A stretch of DNA of 64,000 nt from Gekko japonicus (Eukaryota): the NCBI RefSeq assembly GCF_001447785.1, contig NW_015162494.1:599559-663558 (forward strand), in the 5' to 3' direction. A model generated the notes under the pieces. That model saw only the letters and a program-made list of their open reading frames with translations. It was not told the DNA's origin and did not search any database. A program made the translations under genes and the position numbers. Shown here one piece after another: positions 1-12,500 of this stretch (position 1 is its first letter; each line of letters begins with the position of its first letter).

Positions 1-1075
1 TAAAGGGAACCCTCAGGAACCTGCTGAATATCAGTGCTGAAGGGTAGCAACAAGGCCTCCATTTCCTGCTTGTGGGCCATTTAGGGCCATTTCAGGGCCT
101 TGTGAAAAAGGATGTTGATCCAACAACAGCCATTCTTATATTATTGTGTGAAGCTAATTTACAAAAGTTCATTTTCTTCACAAGGAAGCTTAATTAAGCA
201 TGAAAATATGAATTGTTGCTTAAACAGAGAAAGTGATTCTTTTCCTATCTAAATGTCTTTTGGTTAAAGTCCAACAGTTGCGAACCTGTTTACTTCTTCC
301 ACCTTTGGGCGAAAAAAGAGGGAGTCCTTTTCTAAATGTTCTGCCTTGCGGCTATTTGTAGGTTGTGTCTTCCTACTGACAGCCATGTACCCACTGGGAT
401 GATAAGAACCCACAGGAACAGAGGCCTCCTGCACAAGGGGACCAAGTTAACATCAAAACCCCCATTAAAAAAAAACCAACCTTCTGCTACCCAATTAACC
501 AGAGATATCTCTTTAGCTGACCAAAAGACTTTAATAAATCAATCAATCAATCCAACCCATAAATTGACTAGTTAGTGTTGCCCTACTGATTATATACACC
601 TTTCCATTTTCACCAGTGGAACATTTGTGATCTGATACCTAATATTGCATATCAGACTGATAACTGATCAAAGAAATGTCATGATGACCTGCCTTTTAAC
701 TGACTAATGTATGACGTCTAAATGCATTTGTCTATTACTGAAACTTCAGCAAAAGTTCTGTTTGGATATACTGAAGGAAACGTAAGCTAAGGTATGGCAT
801 AATGAGCAAAGGTCATCATACATTGTTGGCAAGATCATTGGAATGTTTTCTTTTTCCATTCCCTATTGCAGTAGCACAACCAGAACAACATGTCCTCCTC
901 TGTGTGTGTGTGTGCCTTTAACTGCAGCATATCAATTGAGCTTCACACGCACTGATTAAAATTGGCAACTGATCAGTCAAAAAAAAAACTCCAGTTGATT
1001 TAATCTACTGATTAAATCAATTAAAGAATGCAGCCCTACTTGCATTCAAAATCTACAAAAACATACATCCAAACA

Positions 1076-1252
1076 ATGTTCCATTTCACATTCAAAACTA
1101 TGTTCCATTTCACATTCAAAACTATGTTCAACTGAGATCTCGACTAAGAAGTCTCATTGCTGCAAGTTACCTATAAAAAACAACTTGTTCTCGGAATTTT
1201 TCACTCTTCAGTCTAACCAACTTGTTCTCGGAATTTTTCACTCTTCCGTCTA
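1076..1252 (+). repeat. Two adjacent short tandem duplications (24 bp and 37 bp)
   Basis: ATGTTCCATTTCACATTCAAAACT x2 (1076-1123); CAACTTGTTCTCGGAATTTTTCACTCTTC x2 (1181-1252). Confidence 0.88.
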
Positions 1253-3275
1253 TGATTAACGGTAAGAGATCTGAACTGGCCCTGCTTTTTCCACGTTCCA
1301 ACCCAGTGATCAATGGAAGACAATGTGCACACTGTGTTATTTCAGAATAGTGAGCAGCCAGTAGCTGTACCAATGTCAACAACAAGTAAGATGACAGTGG
1401 AAACTGGTTCAGTGCTGAAATTCCACTAGGACATGCTGCTAGAAGATGAAATTCTGCACTGTACTGGGAAATTCAATATACTTGGCAGATATAAAAGGTC
1501 ACCTCATTGGAAGGGACCTGTTTCATACAAAAAATGATGGAAATGCCAACTCTGTCATTCTTTCTCACCTTCCAGTACCTTCTGTCAACCCTTTAACTTT
1601 GTGCTTTTAAATATACCGATTGGTCCTGGAAAGCCTTCCACCAAACTTCATTATACACTTGTGCTGCCTGTGTCCTTCTCTCAGGCATTGCCAAAGAGGC
1701 TGATCATTGCACTGCCTTCCATAGTTCTTCCTCTGTGAGAGAACCCAGATGCCTTCAGCCAGTAAACAATATGGGGGAAGGTTCACCATGGATTTAAACA
1801 GCGCAATTTCCCTTGAGATTTTATTAATCATATGTCCAAAATCGGCCTGCAAGGACTCCTAGGGTTCGCACATTGTTGAGAAGCATGTGAATAAAAACAA
1901 CCATTTCAGCAAGTTACAGTGCCATAATGGCAGTTCACTTTTTAAGTGGTTCTGAAACATTGGGTTTACAATAAATATTAATGCGTGTTGATATGAAACA
2001 ACATTTGATCCTTATTGTTTTCAATCAACAATGACTTATGACTAAAGGCACTGGTTGTGCATTTTATGGAGCATGTACTCTTGAATTCTTGTCCATCACA
2101 GAATTATTATGAAGACACATACACAAGGCTCCTTCCAAGCTCCACACATATGACCAGTAACAGATTACTATTCCTTCTTTGCCATTAATGTATGCCAAAG
2201 GAGTAGACTTAATCCACTTTTCCTTACCTTAATTATTAGTAAGGTGGCTCAACTGTACTAAATGTGCAGTGAATGAAATGAAGACTGCACCTTAACTTTA
2301 TGTGGATATGATGAGTCAGAGCTGCTAGATATAACTGGGGACATGAGAGGATAGAGTGCAGGAAGAATGAAAATAAGTTTAACAATTACTTAGCAATGGG
2401 GCATATGAAATTACCCAGTAGATCCAACTTCCGTGCCACAAAATCCTTTCTAAAACAAACCACCTTTAACTGTTTCACCCTCAGATATTCCAGCTTTTTT
2501 TTTTACTTGCCAATGTACACATACCTCATTCTTTGAAATCTAATTATTCACTGTACATATACATAGAATATGTTTTAGTTCTGATTTGTCATCCTTCAAG
2601 TGCTGTCCAGCTTAACATTTTTTACTTATGTTGCCATTTAAAAAAAAAAATGCTGTGTCCAGAGGAAGTCTAGGAAGACAATCTTGCTTTATTAAAGGTC
2701 TACTCCTGAAGACTCAGTGTGGGTAATGGCATGGAAACATGAAACTGCCTTATATTGAGTCTATCCATTGGTCTGTGGAGGCCAGAACTGTCTAGTCTGT
2801 GTTGTAATGGCTCTGCAAGATCTTAGGCGGAGGTCTTTCACATTGTTTCCCATCTGATCTATTTTCAAACTGGAGGGGATTGAAGTTGAGTGTCTGCTGA
2901 GCTAAACCCCCATATTTCATTGGTCTTCATAACAGCTCTGCAGTGTAGGCCACAGTGACTGCAGTATTACAGATGAGGAAGCTCAGGGTGTGCATGAAAT
3001 GCCATATTGAGGGGGCATACTTGGAGAACTCACTGGCCTCAAGAGGGAAAAAAAGAACTGATCCTTATGACCTTTCATCCAACAACTCCATGACGTCGTT
3101 GTTATTGATTAACGTGTTTGGACACCCCCCCTCTCCCAAGTAAGGCGGTGCCTGATTTCTCACTGCTTCCTTGGAAGAAGCCCCTGGAAGGGCAGCCTGC
3201 CTCGTTACCTTTTAAGAACAGGAAAGGCAAAAGAGGAGGAACAATGCACAGAGAAAACAGAAGGGGGGGCAGCTC

Positions 3276-3314
3276 GGGGGGGGCGTGGCTCGGCGTGCCG
3301 AGATCGGATAAATA
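3276..3314 (+). promoter_or_regulatory. CALB1 core promoter: GC/KLF box and TATA-like GATAAATA
   Basis: GGGGGGGCGTGGCT at 3276-3290 and GATAAATA at 3307-3314 in a CpG-rich segment about 140 nt upstream of the ATG. Confidence 0.7.
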
Positions 3315-3359
3315 GAGAGCACTTCAGCGAAAAGCGCCGAGGACTAGCCCGGACTGAGA

Positions 3360-3380
3360 GTCAGCACCGCGGACAGCGAC
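3360..3380 (+). promoter_or_regulatory. RE1/NRSE (REST binding site) in CALB1 5'UTR
   Basis: GTCAGCACCGCGGACAGCGAC vs consensus TTCAGCACCACGGACAGCGCC (18/21). Confidence 0.85.
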
Positions 3381-3450
3381 ACCCAGCAGCAACAGTAGCC
3401 CTTCGGCGCTTTCTCCTCCTTTCTCTCCGACACTGTCCCAGGCGCACGTC

Positions 3451-3532
3451 ATGGCTGTGGAAACTTACCTGCAAGGAGCGGAGATCTCCGCATCCCAGTT
3501 TTTTGAAATCTGGCACCATTACGACTCTGACG
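3451..3532 (+). CDS. CALB1: CALB1 coding exon 1
   Basis: [30 protein letters not shown]+G; donor gtgact at 3533. Confidence 0.96.
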
Positions 3533-6500
3533 GTGACTCCTTATCCTTCTTCTTTCCTGTCCCAGCTTGGAACCCAAGCGGGGGTGGAGGGGATTTGAGG
3601 GCCGGGCTAGACTTGGGGGAGGCAGAGAAAGCGGCGGAAAGTGCTTTCGCCTGCCTCTTCCTCTTCTGCAAGCAGGAAACTTTGCCCGGCGCCCGCCAGA
3701 AGTTTTTTTGCCTATCATCGGGAACGACGGAAACATTTGCTGTGCTGGCAGCTGGAGAGGGCTATTATGGACCATACTCGGTTCGGGCTGCTTTGGGAGT
3801 CGCCTACTTTGCCTACCCTTGTATCCTGTATCTAAAAGTCGAAGCGTCTCCAGACCGTTTTTTAAGAGAGGGGAGGGAGAGAAATACCAAAACCCAGTAT
3901 CCAGCACTTAGGGAGTGGGACAAAACAGCTTAAGCATATTGACAAGCATGTGCGATTTCCAATGCATCTTCTATAAATGCCATTTTCTGCAGGTGAAGGA
4001 GAGCGAGAAAAACCGTCTACAGCTGTAACAGCAATTCGCTCTCTCTTTGTGTTTCAGGCAGTGGCTACTTGGATGGCAAGGAGCTCCAGAAACTTATCCA
4101 GGACCTGCAGCAGGCACGAAAGAAAGCAGGCTTGGTAGGTCAACATTTCCCCCAGCTTTAAATTTTTTTTGTCTCCACTGAAAAAATATATATCTTGCTG
4201 TGAACTCCAGCAGCCGGATAGCTGTGGTCAAAATAAGTAAAATGTAAATGAATTAAATAGAACTGACAAATCCAAAAGCAGGAAATTCAGTGAAGTTAGG
4301 GAAATCTGGATGAGACAGTCTAGATAGCAAAGGCTGTAATCCTAAAGACACTTTCTTGAGAGTAAGCCCCACTGAATAACATGAGACTTCCAAGTGCACT
4401 TGTGGAGCATTGCTCTCAAAGTCACTTTTAATTACTTTCACCTTTCTTCTGCAGTAGATCACCCTTGGAAGGCAATATTTTTTTAAAATGTTCCTTAGTG
4501 TATTGTTTGTACAGAAACAATTGTTTGTTTACTTCCATGGATTTTGCAGAAGGGGCAAAGGAATATTAAAAATGAGTCAGCTACATCCTTAATATGTGGG
4601 CTGAAATACATTTCTGCCCCTTGGTGGCCAATAAACAGATGTGCCGAAGCTCTAACTAGATATTAATTGAGGGTATGAAACTGGAACATTTGCATGAAGA
4701 GGGGTGTATCTGGGCTTGTGCAGGGGAATAAAAAGTTTTCCTAAAGACTTTACAATGGTAATATATCGATGTATTGTTTAGGAGTTAAAATTGTAAGAGT
4801 TTCAGCCATTTCAAGAGAATTTCTGAATGGAGTAACACATTTTAATTGGCTTTGCATGCATTGAAATAAGAAATGGGATATATTAGCAAAGGAAAGAATA
4901 CGAAGGAAGACTTGTTCATGAATGAATATGAAACTGCCTTATCCTGAATCAGACCACTGACCATCAAGGTCAGTATTGTCTACTCAGATTGGCAGTGGCT
5001 CTTCAGGGTCTCAGGCGGAGGTCCTTCCCATCACCTATAACCTGGTCCTTTTAACTGGAGATGGTGGGAACTGAACCTGGGACCTTCTGCATGCCAAGCA
5101 GTGGCTCTACCACTGAGCCACAGCCCCCGCCTCTCAATAAACCACTCAAAATAACAGGATAAGAATTTATTTTATCCTTATCAGGCTAACCCATGCATCT
5201 CATATGGTGAAAGTCCATCGTGAGAGGATGCAGTGGCTCTTGAAATAGGAGACCACTCATTTTATGAATTTGTAAAATATTTATTAATTTCCTCTGTGAG
5301 ATTAGTCCAGATTTAGAATACATTTGAATGGTTCAATAATAATGTATGAGTTAGCTGCACAGCTGAAAATATGAATCTCAGCTATAGCTGTATACTTGGT
5401 TCTGTGCCGTATCTAGATAACAATTTTTTCTAGATGTTTACTCTAACATCTTAAAACTTAAAAGGCTGATATAAAGGACCTACATTATAATTATTTGTCA
5501 CTATTTTGCAAATGAAGTGCTTGACTTAGATACATTTTACTAGTGTGTGCTCACTTTATCTTCTGCAGTATGAGTCATTAGAAGTGCATCCCTTCAAAAA
5601 TGAGATAATTTTATTTTTAGAAGTACTTTGCATTAAATCTATCCCCTGTTCACAAGTCCTTAGAAGTTTTTTTTAAAAATTACTCTGTATGAGTTAGAAA
5701 ATCTTTCTCCCATTTTCCCCCTATTTGAAATTTGTGTCAAATCTACTTCTACTTAAAAAAATTAGAAGGCTATCATATAAAATCTTAATAGGCCTCCTCT
5801 TGAATGTCACCCACGTTATCATTTATGCCTTTTAATAGATTCTGCATGTGTGCCTACTTGTGTTTTGAAAGTGCTTGGGTGTTCTTATTCAGTTTTCCAT
5901 CCACCACTTCTATAAAAGACTGTTTCTGAAATCTTCTGGAAAGAAGAGCACCAAACTTCACAACTCTCATTGGATCATCTATACCACTTTGATCCTTGAA
6001 CTTTCCTTCTAGATTAGGGATATGTGCCAAATCAAAATTAATTATTTGATTTAGGGACTAATGTCCCAAACAAGCCTCTAGTAAATTCATCCACCTTATC
6101 CGACTCAATACCGTTTCAGTGGCTTTTAATTCCTAAAGGCCTCCTTTGCCAGAAGGAAAACTTGAGAAATCAATGGATATTCCATGTTCCCTCTAAGCTG
6201 TAGAGTCCTTTAAGCAAAAATTCTACTTTGTGAGCTCCTGGCATTAAAGTTGTGAGTGAGCCATTTGGATACTGCATACATTAGTTTGCTCTGGAGCCAT
6301 CCTTCCTGAGCAGAGACAAAAATGTGTGAGCCAGGGGCTAAAAAACTGTGAGCTAGCTCACACTAACTCAGCTTAGAGGGAACACTGCCATGTACATGTG
6401 GGGATTCTGTGCTGTTTAGTGTCCTCAGATCTACTTTGATTTGCCTTCACATTTGAGAAAGTTTCACATCTTTTTCTTTTGCACTTGCATCTTGCATCAC

Positions 6501-9500
6501 TGTATTTAAAATCACATTCAGACGATAGATGCGGTTATTCTTTTTCCATATGTTTAGGGTGTAAAATATAAATATTTAACTTCCCCAATACTCTTGTCAC
6601 CTTCTATCATTATAATTTTGCCTTTTTTAAAATTAGGTTTTGGCATAGGCTTGGTGAGTAGGATTAAGGTAACATCTGTTTGTTTGTTTCTTTGCTTTAT
6701 ACCCCACCTTTCTTCCAGGGAGCTCAGGATAGCACATAGAGTTCTCCCCTCATCCATTTTATCTTCACCACAACCCTGTGAGGTAGATTAGACTGAGGGA
6801 GAGTGACTGGTAGAGTGGGGATTTGAACTTGGGTCACCTAAGTTTTAGTCCAGCACTCTAACCAATCAAATATTCATTGCTTAATTTTTTGGTCTTCTAA
6901 AATATTTATTATTTCTGCCACCGTGCCTTCAAGATAGGGCTGAATATAAAACCAAATTAATGCATTAAAGAACCTTGTGCAGCTGCATTTCAAGAGGCTG
7001 CCAAGGAATAATTTGCATAGATGAAATTAAAAAAAAAAGATGGACAATCCAGGAAAGTTGGTGATTATTTCCCAATATGCCATTGCAAAAAAAAATAATT
7101 AATAATTCTCTGCAAACATAAATATTTGTGTCAGTGTAGAACCCACTAACAATATGCATGGGAATTTGTGTGCAACCCTGGCACAGATTTATGGGGAGCT
7201 TTCTAATGTGCCTGCACAAAAAAAAACATGTTATGTGCAGATGTTGGCACCAGTGTTCCCTCTAAGCTGAGTTAGTGTGAGCTAGCTCACAGTTTTTGAG
7301 CCTCCGGCTCACAGATTTCTGTCTCAGCTCAGGAAGGAGGGCTCCAGAGCAAACTGATTTATACAGCAGCCAAATTTCTCGCTCACAACTTTAATGCCAG
7401 CAGCTCACAAAGTGGAATTTTTGCTTACAAGACTCCACAGCTTAGAGGGAGCATTGGTTAGCACACATGCATTGTCCCTTGAAGTGGGCTGAACGGCATG
7501 GTGGAAAATCAAACATTTACTATTATAAAGTTAAACGGGACCCTGGGAATTTCAGCCAGAGATGGCTGAAGGCAAAATGAAGTGGTTTTAAGTCTCCATA
7601 GGAAGCTTGATTATTTGTTGTTGCTTCACCCTACAATCAGTGCTGCAATTCTTTCTAATTCACCTATATACTTGTTCTTGAGATCATTTTTAAGCAAAAT
7701 AATTCACAGAATACATCCAAACAACTCTTTTGTACAGAGTGGAAAACTGATAGGAAAACAGGATGCCATTTCATGGACCAAGAAGGCTTTTATTTAGATT
7801 GGGGAAAAATATTCTATCATTTGTTGAATATTATTTTATATTTTTGGAGTCAGTACCATTGCCTAATTTTGTTAAAATCAGTTAAATAAATACTTATGGA
7901 ATTCTCCAAATGGGCATCTACATTCATGATGCTTTAAATCATAGTAATCTTGTAACCAGGGAAGGTGATGGTCACCCTGCCAGGAAGGGCATCACATAAT
8001 CTGGGGGGCCTTCCAAATTTTTTCCCTTGGAACTCACATACTTTATCTTTACAAGAAAAGAATGGAAAGTGGATGGAAATATCTAACCAGGTCTGAAAAT
8101 CCATAGAGAGGATATCTCCTGTGGCAGTCTCTAACTAATAGGCAAATTCTGAAAATGCATTAGTATTAAGACAGCCATTGTGCATAAATGCTGTGAAACG
8201 GCCAGGAAGAATTCCTGGTGACTCTTGGAAAAAGATTTGCCCGAGGGTTTGTTTACAGTAGCAATTGATACTTTTTAGTTATTTATGTAGACAATATACA
8301 GGCCAGCCTGTCCAGAGAACCTTCTCGAGGCAAATTACAAAGCTAAATTGATTAAAACAGCACAAAAATCATCTCCAGTTGAAAGGACCGGGCAGGAGGT
8401 GATGGGAAAGACCTCTCTGCCCGAGACCCTGGAGAGCTGCTGCCAGCCTGAGTAGACAAAACTGATCTTGATGGAACAATGGTTGATTTCATATACATTC
8501 ATATACATTCATGAACAAGTCTTCCTTCACATTAGCCCTGACCTGGATAGCCCAGGCAAGCCCAGTCTCATCAGATCTCAGAAGCTAAGCAGGGTCAACT
8601 CTGGCAAGTATTTGGATGAGAGACCTCCTTGAAATTCAGCCACCTCTCTGAAGCTCCTCCAGGCTCCCAGTAGGGGTCAGTCACCAGAGGTTGCCATGAC
8701 TTCCAGGTGCACACACATGCACGTGCACACACATATAAAAATACCAAAAAAATGTCTTATTTCATATTCCAGCTATTATTCCTTGATGGATCAATGGTCT
8801 GATTCAGTACAAGGTAGCTTCATGTGGTCGTGTGGTCATGTGATGCGGTCTGTAGCACAGTTTTCTTCACTAAGGATATAGGAAGCATCTTAAGAAAAAT
8901 AAGTGCCATATGCTGCATCCTGAAGTCAGCATGCTTGCTGTGGAACTGATGAACAGGGCACAGGGAAGAGTGCTTTTGTCAGGGATTCCTTGTAAATACA
9001 ACTGAAGAAAAAAGTCCAATTCACACCCAAACTTTTTTTTCATAGGAGGGCCACTTTCATAGTTGTAAATAGCGGTCTTATATTCATTTGTACCACACAT
9101 TGAAAATCCCAGTTCTTCCTTTGGAATAAGTAGTACAAACTTCAGGCTAAAAGAACTGCACAGAACTCAATAGTGCAGAAAAATCTATCAGCCCAGTCCT
9201 GTAGTCTCAGAAGTGAATTAATTAACACATTTATACCCTGCCTTTCTTCATGTTTCAAGGGAACTTACAATGGTAGTAAAAAAAACCCTGCAAAGCATTT
9301 CCAGCTAAAACTAGAACAAAACCAGAATAAAATAAATCCCAAATCTCTGATTTCAGTGGATGAGTTCAATGGAACTAAATCCCAAGAATTTCATCCTAAA
9401 CCCCATAGACACTTACTCGGGAGCAGTCTCCTTTGAACTCAGTGGGCCACAGTAAACGTTCACACAGTGCTCAGTCGATAAAGAACCACCTACAAGTGTG

Positions 9501-12500
9501 ATTCATCTTCTTTTGAGCATCTTCAAGAACTTCTCATTCCTGGGGATTGACCTAGGAAGGGGGTGGCAGTTCTGTTTTGTAGCCGGCAAAAATTGTACTA
9601 AAATAAGTACAGCTTATCTTCTGGAGTACAGTGTATCATAAATGTGCATATGTTACAGTGAGTGTCACAAATGTGTCCTATCTCGTCGTTCACATTTCAG
9701 TACTCATAACCTTGCTCAATATATGAGGGTTCTTCATTACATGTCAGAAAGGGACATTCTCCCCTCGAAGGCCACCTATGTGCCTTGGTTGCATTTTTAG
9801 TTTTATATCTAGTTATATACATAGGATATGATTTGGGTATTAGCTCGGTCACCAGTCTATCTTATATAAAGGTTGGTATTAGCAGTCACTTCGGGGCTGA
9901 CTAGATGGTTGCATTATAGTTTATTCTTGGAAATTTACAATGGGTTCTGTGTTTATGATTTTATGTTTGGAGTATCAAGCTCTGTATTGGCAATTATTTC
10001 TTGTATGTATAACATTGCCGTTATTCTACTGTGTTTCTCTTAATAATTTTTTTTTAAAAAAAATATGAACATTCAGAGATACACTGATGAATGCTGATAA
10101 CAATCTGAGCGTGAAACTATCTTTTTGGAATGTGAAAGTATATACATGTATCCTTTTAGACATCCACCCAGGATTGTCAGCATTCACATGTGAATATCTG
10201 CAGTCAATACATTTTGGGCATTCATTGTAACCTTGTGAATTTCTGATTTTGTTCTGAATATTTTATGAATAAATGACAGAGATTCGATACTGGAGACACA
10301 GTACCAGGAAAAATGTGAACATTGCTATTGGGAAAGGGGGTACATGCACCCATGGAAAGCTTCTTCAACTCTTTTCCACATTTTTTCTTACCTGTTCACA
10401 GATAGTTTCCTTAATACAATGTTGCTTTAGATGCATTTTTAAAACAAAACCCTGAAAGGGCCTTTTTAGTGTGTGAGCCTATGCACTGAGGCATCTCACA
10501 TGTAAACATGGCACCACACAGCCAATCAGATTTGGCAACAAGATGATATCTCTGGAAACAAGCATAATCCCCTCGTTGCTCTCTATCTGAGTGGGAGGGA
10601 GAAGGCAATCATGATGCTCAGCCCAATCAGGTTGATGCTTCCTGTCTTGCTATATTGCATTGGCAGTTTCAAAGCACAGGAGCCCTGCATGGCAAAGACT
10701 TTTGCAATTCTGTTTAGTTGGGCATAGTTTTACATAACTAGTCAGGACATGCATGGGAATAGGCATTTGGATACAGATGTTATCCTTTCATGCGGCTTTA
10801 CTTCCAATGGGATGTGCATCTGAATGTGCATCCTGTTCAAGTTCTGTCCCAACTACATATGACTGGATTGGTACAAGGGAGTATTGACCTTGTGGGCCTG
10901 AGCAACAGGGTATGCCTTCTTGTAAACAGTCTCATACAAAAGTTGCTAGGGAAAGGACATGTTTTGTGAGAAGCGATAATGGTCATGAATCCACCCACCC
11001 CAACACACACATCTTGGCATATGATAAGTTGTCATGTTCCCAGTATCCTTTCCATGATGAAAATGTCTACATTTTCTCTGGATCATTCACTTAAATAGTA
11101 GGGCAAGATCTGAGCCCAGTAGCCCTTTAAAGACCAACAAGATTTCCAGGGTTTTAGCTTCCGAAGGACAAAGCTCTCTTCATCAGATACCTTCTGACAA
11201 AGAGAGCATTGACTCTCAAAAGCTTACGCCCTGGAAATCTTTTGGTTTTGAAAGTGCTACTGGACTCGAATTTTACTGCAGACCAACACGGCTACCCATC
11301 TGAACCTGCCTTTATGCCTGTCCCTTCTTGGGATGAGTCCCTGGAGTTGGGTTGGCATCTGAAACTATCATCACTTGCCCTGACCTGGATAGCCCAGGCA
11401 AGCCTGATCTTCTTAGATCTTGGAAGCTAATCAGGGCCAACCCTGGCAAGTATTTGGATGGAAGACCTCCGAAGAATACCAGGGGCGGAAGGCAGAGGCA
11501 GGCTATCAAGCCACTTCTCTAAATGTTTTCTATGCCCCAGTAGGAGTTGCCAGAGGTCACCATGACTTCCAGGCACAGGAACACACACATATACAAAAAA
11601 ATGCCAAAAAAAGGGAAAAAAAGAATCTGTTTTCACTTAAATAGTGTAAATTATGGAAGAGCAGAATGGTGAATGGTTTTTGCTATTCCTGATTATAAAA
11701 AAGAAGAAACTTGATTTTTCACACTTACATACGTATTTAAATATTATAATCATAAGTGAAGACAGGTCTGCATAATCTGAAAGGTGGGATTCTGACCTGC
11801 TTCTTAGAAGTTCCTACACTTGATACTTTTTTTGAACCTCTAAATGTTACTTGATGCTTCATATGAGAGAACTAGCAGGTTCCTAATTAATTCTGAGCCA
11901 CTATTTTTTTTAGGTATTTAGAATGCTCTCCACTAGGAAGCTGCTATGTGCATTTCCTGGGACTTTGTGCAGAAAGCTTCCTTCAGTGGGTTGAACTGTC
12001 GTTTATACCTTTACAATCCTCTTTCCTGGGAGTAAGCAAGCCCCAGTGAATAACATGGGACTTACTTCTGAGTAGACCTCTTAAGATAGCTTCCTACGTG
12101 TGTTTACTTCAAGTAATAACCACCATGCTGTTAAATTTATAGGATCTAACCCCGGAAATGAAAAAATTTGTGGACCAGTATGGGAAGAGTTCTGATGGAA
12201 AGATAGGAATAGTAGAGGTAAGAAAGCTTTTTTAAAAAAATTTTTTTAATGCTTCTTCAGGAATACTTCTATGCATGTTGGTCTTCATTTTCATGATACA
12301 GAAGTCTCTAAATATTTGTATTGATTTGCTTTGGATGTTACAGAGAAAACATCTTTGGCCCACATTAATCTTGTGACACAGTCCTATGATTTTTTAAAAA
12401 AATGTATAGCAGTGATCATATTTTCAGCTGCGAGAAAACTCAAACCCAAAATGGACAATATGAAGAGCAAAATATTGCCAAGGGTACAAGGCAGGATGCC

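Noticed and set aside
3451-3933. 160-aa ORF starting at the CALB1 ATG
   Set aside because: Only the first 27 codons are calbindin; the rest is read-through into GC-rich intron 1
8535-8640. 5S rRNA genes (also at 11377, 49203, 54561)
   Set aside because: 5' end replaced, diverged, followed by SINE tails and in one case a TSD; these are SINEs, not rRNA genes
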